A stretch of DNA of 64,000 nt from a virus: IMG/VR virus record IMGVR_UViG_3300033978_000437. One strand, given 5' to 3'. Each line of letters opens with the position of its first letter. Positions within the stretch are counted from its first letter, which is position 1. A program made the position numbers and the translations under genes. Under the pieces are notes generated by a model that did no database searches, was not told the DNA's origin, and saw only the letters and a program-made list of their open reading frames with translations. Positions 36,497 to 46,049 of the stretch are shown here, piece by piece.

Positions 36497-39304
36497 TTAA
36501 ACTACAAGGTGTAATTCAATGTTATTTAATGCGTATGGCACTTCCAAGGTAATGTAAGCGACATACCGATCTTTAAACACTTCTGAAATAAAGAAACGAT
36601 CAACGGTTGCGGTGATTAGCTGCCCGCCGAGTTGGGGAGTGGTCCGCTCTATTCGCAACGCACGAATTAGCCTATCCATCCCGCCAAGAATAATATCGCT
36701 CATTGTTGGGGTCACATTAGTAACACCAATAAAGGGAGCAAAGTAATCCTTGAACCGGTAGCTAATGCTGTCCACATTACGAGTCAGCATTTCTTCACGC
36801 TGGTTGATATCTGCATAGTCCCCAGTTGTTACAGCATGTCGAGTGTAAATTTGACCTGCTGCATCCTGTTGCACAACCCACACGCCAGCAAGAGCTAGAA
36901 TATCTCGCTGTGGCTTGTTGAACTTATCGTTTGTCCGTTGTGTGCTGGAAAAACCAGTAATTTCCACATTGGTCAAACCTTGTTGTGGAAGTACAGCGGA
37001 AGCCAAACCGGCAAGTGCTGCATTCAAAAAGTAACCCGATTGAATGGTACCTGAGGATTCGATTCGGTCAGGCCATGTGGCTCTAACACGTCGATCTCCA
37101 TAAGCACCAGCAGTCTTGGCAATTTCAACAGCTTCTTCACCAGCCGACAAAGTTCGCCAAACTTCAATTTTAGATGGAACCAACTGTTCTACAGCAGGAC
37201 CAGTCTTAACTCGAAGTTGACCTTCAGACTGAACTTCATCTACAACAAATTCGCTGTAAGTGTAGTTGCCAAAGCCGTCACCAGTGTACAACGCACGAAC
37301 GATGTCTCCAGGTCTTACGCCATTTTCTTCAAACCCAGCATTACCTGCGGGAACATAGCAAATGGTGTAGTCAACTGCAGTAGTAGTAGGATCAGCTTCA
37401 AATCTAGCTAAAACAACTTCTCCATCGGTGCTAGTTGCTTCCGTATGATTAGGTACGGTAGAACCGGCTGCTACGACTGGGATTTCAGGAATGCCGTGCA
37501 AGTTTGCCCAGAGCACTCGCCATAACCCTTCAGAAGCGGATGAACAACTATTAACATGAGCTTGGAATAACCCAAGTACTGTTGCATCGTTGGTCAATGG
37601 TACTAGATTGTAGGTGTCATCTCGGCTTAACAACACTTCTAGCACTTCATCCCAATAATTGACATCGTTAGGATCATTAACTGCAGTGTAAAGTACGGGA
37701 GTACCATTACTGTTTGATAATGCCTTAAACACGCCCCACTTAAGAGGATTGTCGGGAGTTAAAGAACCAGAAATATCATCAATGTTGCCAACATCGACAA
37801 TGCTGTTAACCTTGCCAGCCAAGTCGGGCAACCAAGCACGATACTCAACATACAACTCACCATAGCCTGCCTCGTCAGACGAGTAGACATCTAGTGCAGT
37901 AGCTGTGCCAATCTCAGCATCGTAAGCTACAATTCCGGATTTTACAGAAAGCTCAACATCAGACTGTTCCCAGTTGGTAAGAGGAGCCATACCTATACGA
38001 TTTGCAGTCACTTCAAGAAGTGGTTTGCGAATGTACAAATCAATGCCGACTTCTTCATTACCACCAAAGGTTTGATCTAAATTATTCCCAAGCACAATGG
38101 TACGAATTTCACCTTCGCTAGTGCCATTAGCTTGAACATAAAATCGATCACCTTTGCGTAAACCTGCAGTACTGATAAGCTTGAACGAAACACCACGAGT
38201 TCCGATAGGAAGACAAGTGTTATTAGCGATTACTGAAGGGCCACTTTGATCAACACCATCAGTGGTAGCAACAGAGATCTCAGGATAAGCACCCCAAGCA
38301 CCACCTTTAGTGACTGTTACAATATAGTTGGTGTCTGAGTTGCTTACATAAGTTCCGCAAGATGTCGAGGCAGGAGCATCGAACAATTGTGAAACTGTCA
38401 TGGTAAACACTTGACCAACAAGGATGTCCACATCGCTAACACCTGCTGCGGCAGAGGCTGCAACAGTACCTGCGTCAGGAGTGCTACCAAAAGTGACAAG
38501 CAAGCCACGGGTTCCAACTGCAGTTGCACCTGACAACGCCAAAGAGGACTGATTGTCAGTTCCACTTGCAGTAGTTACACGGAAACGAGCGGTAGTCAAG
38601 TCTCCGCCAATGGAACCATCGATAACCGTAAGCGTATAAACTTCATTAATTACACCAGAAGGTAACCCATTGTAGGTACCAGAAGGTGTGATAGTGATAG
38701 AGTTAGCAACACCAGTAGTGCGTACTGCGACAGAGACAGCAGCTTGGGAAGCACTATTAGTAGAAGCTGCGATAGGTGCATCAATGGAGGAGGCAACTAC
38801 GTTTGCAACAAACCCACGGACATAAGTCCATAAGGTAAGCACATCAGAAGTAGCCCCAGAACCATCTGCAACACCTCGTACTCGAACAATATCACCAATT
38901 TTTACATCTCGATTACCCAAAGCGGCATTACGAGCAAACCCACCATTAGACACAAAGTTCACAGTAGCTGATGCAACTCGGTTACGATACCCACTTACTA
39001 CCGTAATAGTAGAACCGCTAGTAGAGGGGTCAGAAAAATACTTTAACAAAGCATCTTTGATAAACAGCTTGGTGTAGCTTGCGTCAACCACGGCACCAGC
39101 TGGGCGCTCAGGCCAAGGGAAAGCCGAGTCAGTACCATTGTCATAAAAACCCAAGTTACCAAATTCTCTTTCGTTTTCATCGCTGTAACGAACGAGTTTG
39201 GCATGACCGCCAGAGATATGTGCTGACAGCGGGTTAGCTGCTGCAGCTGGTTGAATAGTAAAATCTTGGAAAACAAGAACTTGCGGAAGAACATAAGTTG
39301 CCAT
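36497..39304 (-). CDS. Contractile tail sheath protein
   Basis: 935 aa; N-terminal YVLPQVLVFQDF; C-terminal AALAGLASAVLPQQGLTN...EEMLTRNVDSISYRFKDYFAPFIG. Confidence 0.88.
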   Translation of the reverse strand: MATYVLPQVLVFQDFTIQPAAAANPLSAHISGGHAKLVRYSDENEREFGNLGFYDNGTDSAFPWPERPAGAVVDASYTKLFIKDALLKYFSDPSTSGSTITVVSGYRNRVASATVNFVSNGGFARNAALGNRDVKIGDIVRVRGVADGSGATSDVLTLWTYVRGFVANVVASSIDAPIAASTNSASQAAVSVAVRTTGVANSITITPSGTYNGLPSGVINEVYTLTVIDGSIGGDLTTARFRVTTASGTDNQSSLALSGATAVGTRGLLVTFGSTPDAGTVAASAAAGVSDVDILVGQVFTMTVSQLFDAPASTSCGTYVSNSDTNYIVTVTKGGAWGAYPEISVATTDGVDQSGPSVIANNTCLPIGTRGVSFKLISTAGLRKGDRFYVQANGTSEGEIRTIVLGNNLDQTFGGNEEVGIDLYIRKPLLEVTANRIGMAPLTNWEQSDVELSVKSGIVAYDAEIGTATALDVYSSDEAGYGELYVEYRAWLPDLAGKVNSIVDVGNIDDISGSLTPDNPLKWGVFKALSNSNGTPVLYTAVNDPNDVNYWDEVLEVLLSRDDTYNLVPLTNDATVLGLFQAHVNSCSSASEGLWRVLWANLHGIPEIPVVAAGSTVPNHTEATSTDGEVVLARFEADPTTTAVDYTICYVPAGNAGFEENGVRPGDIVRALYTGDGFGNYTYSEFVVDEVQSEGQLRVKTGPAVEQLVPSKIEVWRTLSAGEEAVEIAKTAGAYGDRRVRATWPDRIESSGTIQSGYFLNAALAGLASAVLPQQGLTNVEITGFSSTQRTNDKFNKPQRDILALAGVWVVQQDAAGQIYTRHAVTTGDYADINQREEMLTRNVDSISYRFKDYFAPFIGVTNVTPTMSDIILGGMDRLIRALRIERTTPQLGGQLITATVDRFFISEVFKDRYVAYITLEVPYALNNIELHLVV

Positions 39305-39335
39305 TAGTGGCCTCCTGCCTAAAAATGTATAAGAG

Positions 39336-40067
39336 TTATGGACCTTGGTACCGAGAGTTTAAACTAACTTGATCTCCGTCCAAGACACCAGTAAAAGAGA
39401 AACCCTGAGCCGGAAGTGAATCTCGTTTAAGCTGCCAGACATGCTCGTAAGCCCATCCAACAGTTATCGGAATCACATAATTCTCTGTGGACTCTTCAAG
39501 TTCTTGAATAGCCCCTACGTCGGTGACTGAGAAGTTTCTCAATCCAAGGTTCTGGCGAATCGGCCACATACAGGCAATTAAATGCCCCATGACTTCCGCA
39601 GCTAGAACCTCCGTTGAAGCACCCGTTCCATGGATGCAGAAAAGAGTGTGCGAACCAACAAACATGGTGGCATGTCGAGTAATCGCACCCTTTTCGTTTT
39701 CGTATGCCGCTTCTCCACCCCCAAAGATAAACCCGCCACCTAGACCAAGGGGCGTATCCCTAAAGGCATTGCGTTTTATCATTATAGCTGGCCGTTTTTC
39801 AACAAGATCAGGTCTATAACGATACACACTTTCAATGAGTATACCCGAGTTGACTTGTTCTTTCCAGATGTATTGCTTCATTTCTGGAGTAATAATATTT
39901 TCTGGATTAGACCATTGTCTTATAAGCAAATCACGAAGAAATCCGGTGATAAGAAGAGGTTGCCAGCCATTGTCACACAAATAGCTAGTGTCAATCGTAC
40001 TTTGTACTTTTGGAGCATCTCTCTCAGGAGGAGGGACGCTTGGGGGACACCAATTTGCTGTATTCAT
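39336..40067 (-). CDS. Putative tail terminator/completion protein
   Basis: Immediately before the sheath; EKRPAIMIKR...HTLFCI...VITVGWAYEH pattern. Confidence 0.5.
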   Translation of the reverse strand: MNTANWCPPSVPPPERDAPKVQSTIDTSYLCDNGWQPLLITGFLRDLLIRQWSNPENIITPEMKQYIWKEQVNSGILIESVYRYRPDLVEKRPAIMIKRNAFRDTPLGLGGGFIFGGGEAAYENEKGAITRHATMFVGSHTLFCIHGTGASTEVLAAEVMGHLIACMWPIRQNLGLRNFSVTDVGAIQELEESTENYVIPITVGWAYEHVWQLKRDSLPAQGFSFTGVLDGDQVSLNSRYQGP

Positions 40068-40293
40068 CGATATTTAACTCCTTATCTGTAATGTGTTTAT
40101 AAATTTTAGCTGCAGGGACATCAAATTTCATCATGCTTAATCGCCCTATTAGCGAACTTGACTTTCTCCCAGTAGATGGCTCAGGTTTAGTGTAAGGTAC
40201 AGTGGGCTTCTCTAAACTCGTGCGAGAAGGCGCACGAGGTACGCTACCAAAGTCAGGAGTGCTAGGAGATATAAATCTTGGTATGTATGGCAT
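40024..40293 (-). CDS. Small hypothetical protein
   Basis: 89 aa; overlaps the next gene by 44 nt. Confidence 0.45.
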   Translation of the reverse strand: MPYIPRFISPSTPDFGSVPRAPSRTSLEKPTVPYTKPEPSTGRKSSSLIGRLSMMKFDVPAAKIYKHITDKELNIDEYSKLVSPKRPSS

Positions 40294-40300
40294 AAGTATC

Positions 40301-41167
40301 TCAGGTTAATGATTGCAACCAGTCATCTTGCTGCGGTATCGCAATTTTGTAAACTATGTCTGAAAACGGAGCAGGGCGTAACACTACATTAGCAATTAAA
40401 GGAACGCCTCTTATTTCAGCAGTATGCTGAATAGACTGTATGTAGTAGCGGTCATCTGTTTTTCGGTTAACCCATACATCCTGTTCCCCAATTAAAGGCA
40501 GCATTAACATTCGTGCCGATACTTTAATGTCTTGAACTGTACCTCGCATGCCTTGGTCATCTATATTCATGTTTTGAGACTGAGGTGAAAAGTCCGCCCA
40601 AATGCAGCCAACCGGATAAAAATAACCACACTCTTTGCCAGTTCCCCAGCATTGAGGGCAATAAGGATCAAGAGTTTCTAATGTTTGAAAATCGGAGCAT
40701 ACGGGACAATTAGCTCCCATCACTCGACGCTTTAGCAAATAACCATCTTGTGAAATATGTTTAAATCGTAGCTTTTCTTTTCTTACAATTTCTTTTGCTA
40801 TTCTCCAGTCTCTAACAGACAGAATACCAGCTTTTGCAACTGGGTCGGAATAGTAAACTCCAACGGAAGTAGTCAGTTTGACTCGATAATAAATCGGTAA
40901 GGTTATAACGCTGTAGGTGTCTTGGCCGGGATCAACGGCATAACAAGCATTAACAAGAGGAAGCCCAACATTTTCCCAATCATCTGCAGTTGGGCTACCA
41001 CCATGCCCGACTTGTAGTTGAAAAGTCCAAGGGGTTGGATCTACAAAAGTGGGGAGCAATGACCACATAACATGGGTGCCCCCTCTTATTAGGTAGGAAA
41101 CATGCACCATATCGAAAACATTTTCGCAGGAAGGCGGGCATTGATCTGTTTCGCAGTTGTTGTACAT
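40301..41167 (-). CDS. Putative neck/head-closure protein with Zn-finger
   Basis: CPVC...CPQCWGTG motif; position between the adaptor and the tail terminator. Confidence 0.5.
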   Translation of the reverse strand: MYNNCETDQCPPSCENVFDMVHVSYLIRGGTHVMWSLLPTFVDPTPWTFQLQVGHGGSPTADDWENVGLPLVNACYAVDPGQDTYSVITLPIYYRVKLTTSVGVYYSDPVAKAGILSVRDWRIAKEIVRKEKLRFKHISQDGYLLKRRVMGANCPVCSDFQTLETLDPYCPQCWGTGKECGYFYPVGCIWADFSPQSQNMNIDDQGMRGTVQDIKVSARMLMLPLIGEQDVWVNRKTDDRYYIQSIQHTAEIRGVPLIANVVLRPAPFSDIVYKIAIPQQDDWLQSLT

Positions 41168-41183
41168 ATCAAGCTCCTCTGCG

Positions 41184-42134
41184 TTAATTATAGAATATGC
41201 CAGAATAACTTGAATTTAAGTTGCCAGAGAACAACCCAATATTAATTTCCATCTTCTTAGCACGGAGCATTTCTCTAAATTGCTGAGTTAGCTGATTGCT
41301 TGCTGCTCGGTATTGTTGTTCTTTATTCTTGTCATCAATAGATAACCCACCTGCGTTGTAGGCAAGCTGATTACGACGATAGTGGCTAGATACCATATCA
41401 AATAGATAAGACTGAATCCCAACCATCCACATCTCTCTAAAAGGAAATGTTTTTGTAGTAAGCAATGGTTGAATAGGAGGTGGAGTTTCATTCCAATACA
41501 TAATTGGGCGCAAAACTGCTTGTGTAATTTCAGCTGCATCAAACTCTACATCGTCTAACAAAGAGTTATCTGCTGGGCCATTATCTCGCATAGACAAGCG
41601 GATTTCTTCGATTGTAGGAGGCCCAAGCGTTCGCTTAGTCATGTCATCACTTACACCGAACAAACCGCGCCTTACAAACGCACAACTTTGATTACTAAAC
41701 AGCATGTTGCCATTAGAATCAAACACTGCCCACTCTTCTAAATACACTCCGGGATTTCGTACAATTTCGTCAGGAAGAGCGTCAGCTTTAACCAGTCCCG
41801 TAGCGGGGTTGATAATAGTAACATCTATGGAATGAATCGGGTCATTAGCTGGATCAACCCCTGTTAATTCCCTCATCCGCAAAGTAACGCCACAAGGTGG
41901 GTTACCCACATCGTCAAAGGAAACATTAGGCTGGCTGATTGCAGCACTATCGGAACAGCTTGCAACTGCGGATAAATCTACAAGTATTCCTTGTGGATCT
42001 TTCAAATTCCAAAGTAATCGAGCATATTGTCCCATTTGAATCTCATGACATTGGATTTTGGCAAGCACAGGGCAGCCATCGACCAAAGTCTGTTTGGGTC
42101 TAAGATTATTTTGATTAGTACTTTCATTCGGCAT
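41184..42134 (-). CDS. Putative head-tail adaptor (neck) protein
   Basis: C-terminal helical domain EEIRLSMRD...AVLRPIMYWNETPP...YRRNQLAYNAGGLSIDDKNK. Confidence 0.55.
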   Translation of the reverse strand: MPNESTNQNNLRPKQTLVDGCPVLAKIQCHEIQMGQYARLLWNLKDPQGILVDLSAVASCSDSAAISQPNVSFDDVGNPPCGVTLRMRELTGVDPANDPIHSIDVTIINPATGLVKADALPDEIVRNPGVYLEEWAVFDSNGNMLFSNQSCAFVRRGLFGVSDDMTKRTLGPPTIEEIRLSMRDNGPADNSLLDDVEFDAAEITQAVLRPIMYWNETPPPIQPLLTTKTFPFREMWMVGIQSYLFDMVSSHYRRNQLAYNAGGLSIDDKNKEQQYRAASNQLTQQFREMLRAKKMEINIGLFSGNLNSSYSGIFYN

Positions 42135-42156
42135 AGCAGGTACTCCTATTTATGTC

Positions 42157-42185
42157 ATTGTAATTTGTTACGCAAGAAATCTGAA
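42157..42185 (-). promoter_or_regulatory. Possible sigma70-type promoter (TTCAGA-N17-TACAAT) upstream of the neck gene
   Basis: -35 at 42180-42185 and -10 at 42157-42162, 17-nt spacer; partial consensus only. Confidence 0.3.
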
Positions 42186-42205
42186 TAGAAGTCCTAGGCT
42201 TCACC

Positions 42206-43426
42206 CTAAATATGCTGTAGGCCAGGGTGTCGCTGTCCTTTTAAAGCCACAAGCTCAAAACGTAAGAATTTAAGGTTATTATCTTTGTGGTAGTCCGAAG
42301 GAAACACTTCTAAACAATTAATCTGCTGAAATCTGCAATTAATCTTTCCATTAACTTTAGCGACATTTTTACGAGTGTATGGGGCCATGCTTATTGCACC
42401 AAAATGAGATTGCCACTCTACATCTCCATACCCCATTCCAGAATGCACCTCTGGCACAGTGATTGTCAAATATCCCCCAGGCACTAATGCAGTGTAAGCT
42501 GCGTTCATAAACTCTCTAACTTGCCGTCCCGTTAACCATTGCAATTCAGTATCTGCTTTAATGTGGCCGTAGTTATCAGCACCAAATCCTTGTAGCAGTT
42601 GCCTATCTGCGTCCCACCCGCTGGCTTTTAATTTAGTAATGTCTAGCGTGGGTAAGCTGTTTCGTTGCACCCAAGATTCGATTAAGGGTTGCACATATTT
42701 CTGGCGTAAGCTTAGGGTAGTGTCTTGAATTAATTGGTTTCGAGCCCACACTGTATTATGTGCAAACATTCGATATAGGTACTGACAACCACCTGTATGC
42801 TCAAAATTAGCCCCGCTTATGTATGTCTTAATCATCAACTCGTGATCATCGCAGACAGCTAACTCAGGATTGTGTCCGCCAGCTTTGTAATAAGCTTTTC
42901 GAGACCAACTTCTCACATGGTCGGGACAATAGTAAATCTCAGCTAAAGATCGAGGAGATATGGGAAAGCACCGAGTAGCCTTCAACTTATGCCCATACAC
43001 TTTGATCTCGTAATCTTGCCAGCCATGGTGGGAGGAGTAAGTAAATGGAGAAAAACCAATATTGTCCTTGTGCTTAAATACCGCAGTGTCCGAATAGACA
43101 AAGTCAGCTCCTTCATCAAACTTATCATGTATTTTCTGGAGGCTATCTCCAGGAACAAATAAATCATCATGATCAAATTCAACAAACACATCTCCGGTTG
43201 CCGCATCACAAGCACTGCGTTTTAAAGCTCCAATATTACTGGAGTTAGTTACATCAGCTATCAGCTTTACCCTTGAGTCTTTTCGTATAACTTCTGGTAT
43301 TTTAACATCTTTACCATTGGGCAAAATAACCCATTCCCAATCGGTAATTGTCTGCAATTTTAAAGAATTATAAGCTTCAACTAGATATGTAGGTTTGTGT
43401 GTTGGGGTGAACAAACTTAGTTTCAT
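42206..43426 (-). CDS. GT2-family glycosyltransferase with C-terminal methyltransferase-like domain
   Basis: LSLFTPTH...SLKLQTITDWEWVIL; GDVFVEFDHDD (DxD); CDDHELMIK; C-terminal REFMNAAYTALVPGGYLTITVP. Confidence 0.85.
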   Translation of the reverse strand: MKLSLFTPTHKPTYLVEAYNSLKLQTITDWEWVILPNGKDVKIPEVIRKDSRVKLIADVTNSSNIGALKRSACDAATGDVFVEFDHDDLFVPGDSLQKIHDKFDEGADFVYSDTAVFKHKDNIGFSPFTYSSHHGWQDYEIKVYGHKLKATRCFPISPRSLAEIYYCPDHVRSWSRKAYYKAGGHNPELAVCDDHELMIKTYISGANFEHTGGCQYLYRMFAHNTVWARNQLIQDTTLSLRQKYVQPLIESWVQRNSLPTLDITKLKASGWDADRQLLQGFGADNYGHIKADTELQWLTGRQVREFMNAAYTALVPGGYLTITVPEVHSGMGYGDVEWQSHFGAISMAPYTRKNVAKVNGKINCRFQQINCLEVFPSDYHKDNNLKFLRFELVALKGQRHPGLQHI

Positions 43427-43440
43427 AACTACTACTTTCT

Positions 43441-43482
43441 AAAATGAAAGATCGACCGGTCATATTGTAACCAGTCGATCTT
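43441..43482 (-). terminator. Terminator-like hairpin ending the capsid operon
   Basis: AAGATCGACTGGT-9nt-ACCGGTCGATCTT followed by TCATTTT. Confidence 0.65.
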
Positions 43483-43523
43483 AAATTGCACACTTTTATA
43501 GAAAGTTTTTCTAAGTAGATGTC

Positions 43524-43898
43524 TTAGCTATTGCCAGCTAAAACAGCCGCTTCATGGGCTTTCAAAGAAAGTATTGAGCTGTAAATAGCGGGGTCGTTAG
43601 CTAGATCATATGTTGCCTGCTTCACTGCAAAATCCTGTGCTTCTGGTGTAGAAGTTAAAGCAGCATTAAGACCAGCGACAGCAGAGCCAAAACGGCTATG
43701 GTCGGCAGCTTGCTTCTCAGGACTTTCAATGTGACGAAGTTGTCCAGCAAGTGCAAATAAGTCTGAGACTTCTGCTTCAGTACTAGGAACAATGCCGTAA
43801 CTGGCCAACTTGTTCAAAAATACTTGAGCATGCACATTGTTAAACAAATAGTTGTAAGCATCATTAGGATTAGGTAGACCGTTTGAATTCGCAGACAT
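43524..43898 (-). CDS. Small head-associated protein
   Basis: Follows the capsid gene; carries NKLAS, EKQAA and VKQAT motifs. Confidence 0.55.
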   Translation of the reverse strand: MSANSNGLPNPNDAYNYLFNNVHAQVFLNKLASYGIVPSTEAEVSDLFALAGQLRHIESPEKQAADHSRFGSAVAGLNAALTSTPEAQDFAVKQATYDLANDPAIYSSILSLKAHEAAVLAGNS

Positions 43899-43927
43899 GT
43901 TAATTTCTCCAATTCTGGATTTTAAGA

Positions 43928-43959
43928 TAAGTTAGCCCCACAAATGTAGGGCTAACTTA
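43928..43959 (-). terminator. Stem-loop after the major capsid gene
   Basis: AAGTTAGCCC...GGGCTAACTT inverted repeat; poor U-tract. Confidence 0.55.
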
Positions 43960-43968
43960 AACCTATGT

Positions 43969-44916
43969 TTAGGTAAAGTCAACCCTAGCAAGACCAGAGG
44001 TATGACCAATGGTGCCACCTAAGGTTTCATAAGCAAAGAATTCGATAAAATACGCTTCACGACGGATGTACATCGTGGTGTCTTCTATCAGGTAGCTCTT
44101 GCCGATAAATTTAGGGTCAGCGAAATGATACATCGTACCAGTTGGGACAAGTCCCTTCTTAATAGTGATGATCCACTGAACACCCATAAATTCGCTGTAG
44201 GTCCAACCATTACGCATAATCTCTTCACTAAGATCGCCACCCATATCATTACGATTGAGTTTGGCAACTTCTTTGATAGTGATGTTATTAAGCAAAACGG
44301 AATGAACTTCAAGATTAGAAGGAGTGCCTGGCATAATCTTAAAGCTGTCCCACAGGTTGCTGCGGGTTACCCCACCGCTAAGCTGTTTGTACTGGATTAC
44401 TCCAGAAGTAGGAACAGTTGTTCCTGCGCCAACAAGAGCAGTGTTGACCGCAGAAATAAATTTGCCATCTTCTTCCGCTAACATATCCTTAATGGCATTA
44501 TCGGATAGGATTTGTCTGATATCCATATGCCATGTGCGAAGTTCATCCACATCCTTCGTGAATTTAGGGGTCACGATGCGGTCAAAGGTAACTCGGTACC
44601 TATCACCACGGATGTACAAGTTGGTAGGAAGCGTGGCAAAAGGAATTGAGATTGCTGCTGGAGAATCTGGTTCCTTGTCCACGATCTTTACAGGCTTGTC
44701 CGTGTCAACTTGACGATCAAGATCGTCGTTGCTGAGTGGGATTGGTGGCATAATACGTCTGTAGAAGCCATCTTCACGCATCTTAGTCCTAGTGAAGTCG
44801 TTGACAGCGTCAACAGCTTGCTTTTCTAGGTTAGAGTCACGGGAAGCCAATTTTTCAAAAATTGTCTGACTAAGAAGTTTGCTTTCTTCTTGAGTCATGA
44901 TACTAGAATTAGCCAT
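43969..44916 (-). CDS. Major capsid protein (HK97-type fold inferred)
   Basis: 315 aa; strong SD AAGGAGG; FTRTKMREDGFYRRIMPP, RVTFDRIVTPKFTKDVDEL, DNAIKDMLAEEDGKF, IEFFAYETLGGTIG; follows scaffold and decoration genes. Confidence 0.8.
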   Translation of the reverse strand: MANSSIMTQEESKLLSQTIFEKLASRDSNLEKQAVDAVNDFTRTKMREDGFYRRIMPPIPLSNDDLDRQVDTDKPVKIVDKEPDSPAAISIPFATLPTNLYIRGDRYRVTFDRIVTPKFTKDVDELRTWHMDIRQILSDNAIKDMLAEEDGKFISAVNTALVGAGTTVPTSGVIQYKQLSGGVTRSNLWDSFKIMPGTPSNLEVHSVLLNNITIKEVAKLNRNDMGGDLSEEIMRNGWTYSEFMGVQWIITIKKGLVPTGTMYHFADPKFIGKSYLIEDTTMYIRREAYFIEFFAYETLGGTIGHTSGLARVDFT

Positions 44917-44985
44917 TTATAAGAACCTCCTTGTTATACCAGTCAAGCTTGCGGCTTGACTGAGTCAAGATTAAGAGAAAAGTTA

Positions 44986-45516
44986 TTAAGCAGTAGGGAA
45001 CACAGGGCAAGGCCAGAATGCCAAAGCATTCTTGCCGTAACCATTGTCCACAACGCCACGGGAAACAAGACCAACAATCATGTTGGTGTACATTGTGCCT
45101 GCAGAAAGCTTGCCTGCGTTACCACCACTGGTAGCAGAGGTTAAAGCAGCATTGGGGGCATAAGAACCAGATACATACGAAGTCGTTACCAACTCATATG
45201 CACCAGTTGCAACCAACGCTAATGCTTGGCCGGTGGGGCCAATTGGGATGAATACACCCTTAACAGTGGAGGCATCGCCACCATCGTTAACAATATCTGG
45301 GTCATCAGAATTGGCGAAGAGAAACATAGGCATAACCTTAAGGTTGCCAACGCCAAGAATGAATTTACCAGAAGAATTCAAAGAAACGACAGAACCTGCA
45401 GGAACAACAGAAGTTACACTAGCATCGAATGCTGCGGTGTAATCTACTGCGTTCATCTGTGGCCAACCCTTCAACGCATTGAGAGTGTTGGCAGTCATTT
45501 GCCGTGGAGCAGCCAT
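44986..45516 (-). CDS. Head decoration/cement protein
   Basis: 176 aa, small beta-rich (VPAGSVVSLN...ALVATGAYELVTT...YAPNAALT); between scaffold region and capsid gene; SD GGAGG. Confidence 0.6.
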   Translation of the reverse strand: MAAPRQMTANTLNALKGWPQMNAVDYTAAFDASVTSVVPAGSVVSLNSSGKFILGVGNLKVMPMFLFANSDDPDIVNDGGDASTVKGVFIPIGPTGQALALVATGAYELVTTSYVSGSYAPNAALTSATSGGNAGKLSAGTMYTNMIVGLVSRGVVDNGYGKNALAFWPCPVFPTA

Positions 45517-45572
45517 AATTGTCCTCCTAAGACCAAATTAAGACTCATAACGAGTCTTTAGTGTTAAAGTAG

Positions 45573-46013
45573 TTAAGAACGAGGGGCGTCCATAACCGCC
45601 CAAATTGCCACATCCGATGCCTTCTTTTCAGAAGTACGTCGGCCTACATACGGATCATTTAAACTGGTACGGCCTTTGAGACCGGGCTTAATGCCTGCCT
45701 CTCTGTCCGAAACAGCTTGTCCAAGGTCAGAGCCAGTCTTCTCAGCAGCAGTTTTAAACTGATACATTTTGTCAACGGCATTGACCAACAAGTCTAAACT
45801 TTGGGCATGATTGCTCAACATCGCAACAGCTGCCTGTTTTTGATGGGGAGCAACACAACCAGTCCGCTCTAACTGAGCAAGAACAGCAGACTGCTTATCG
45901 GCAGCTTGCTTATCTTGCACATAGCGTGCTTTTGCGTGCTTCAATAATCGATCATTTAATGTCGAGGTGACAGCAATGTATTCGATCATCTGAGCTGCTA
46001 ACTTTGTGTTCAC
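45573..46013 (-). CDS. Head-associated helical protein
   Basis: GTG start with SD GGAGG; several KxA motifs (TKLAA, DKQAA, QKQAA, FKTAA, KKAS). Confidence 0.6.
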   Translation of the reverse strand: MNTKLAAQMIEYIAVTSTLNDRLLKHAKARYVQDKQAADKQSAVLAQLERTGCVAPHQKQAAVAMLSNHAQSLDLLVNAVDKMYQFKTAAEKTGSDLGQAVSDREAGIKPGLKGRTSLNDPYVGRRTSEKKASDVAIWAVMDAPRS

Positions 46014-46049
46014 TGTATAAATCCTCCAAGAATAGATTTTAAAGAAAGA

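Noticed and set aside
19386-39304. Extracellular contractile injection system, tailocin or T6SS
   Set aside because: A full head module (capsid, scaffold, protease, neck) and a very long tape measure gene are present.
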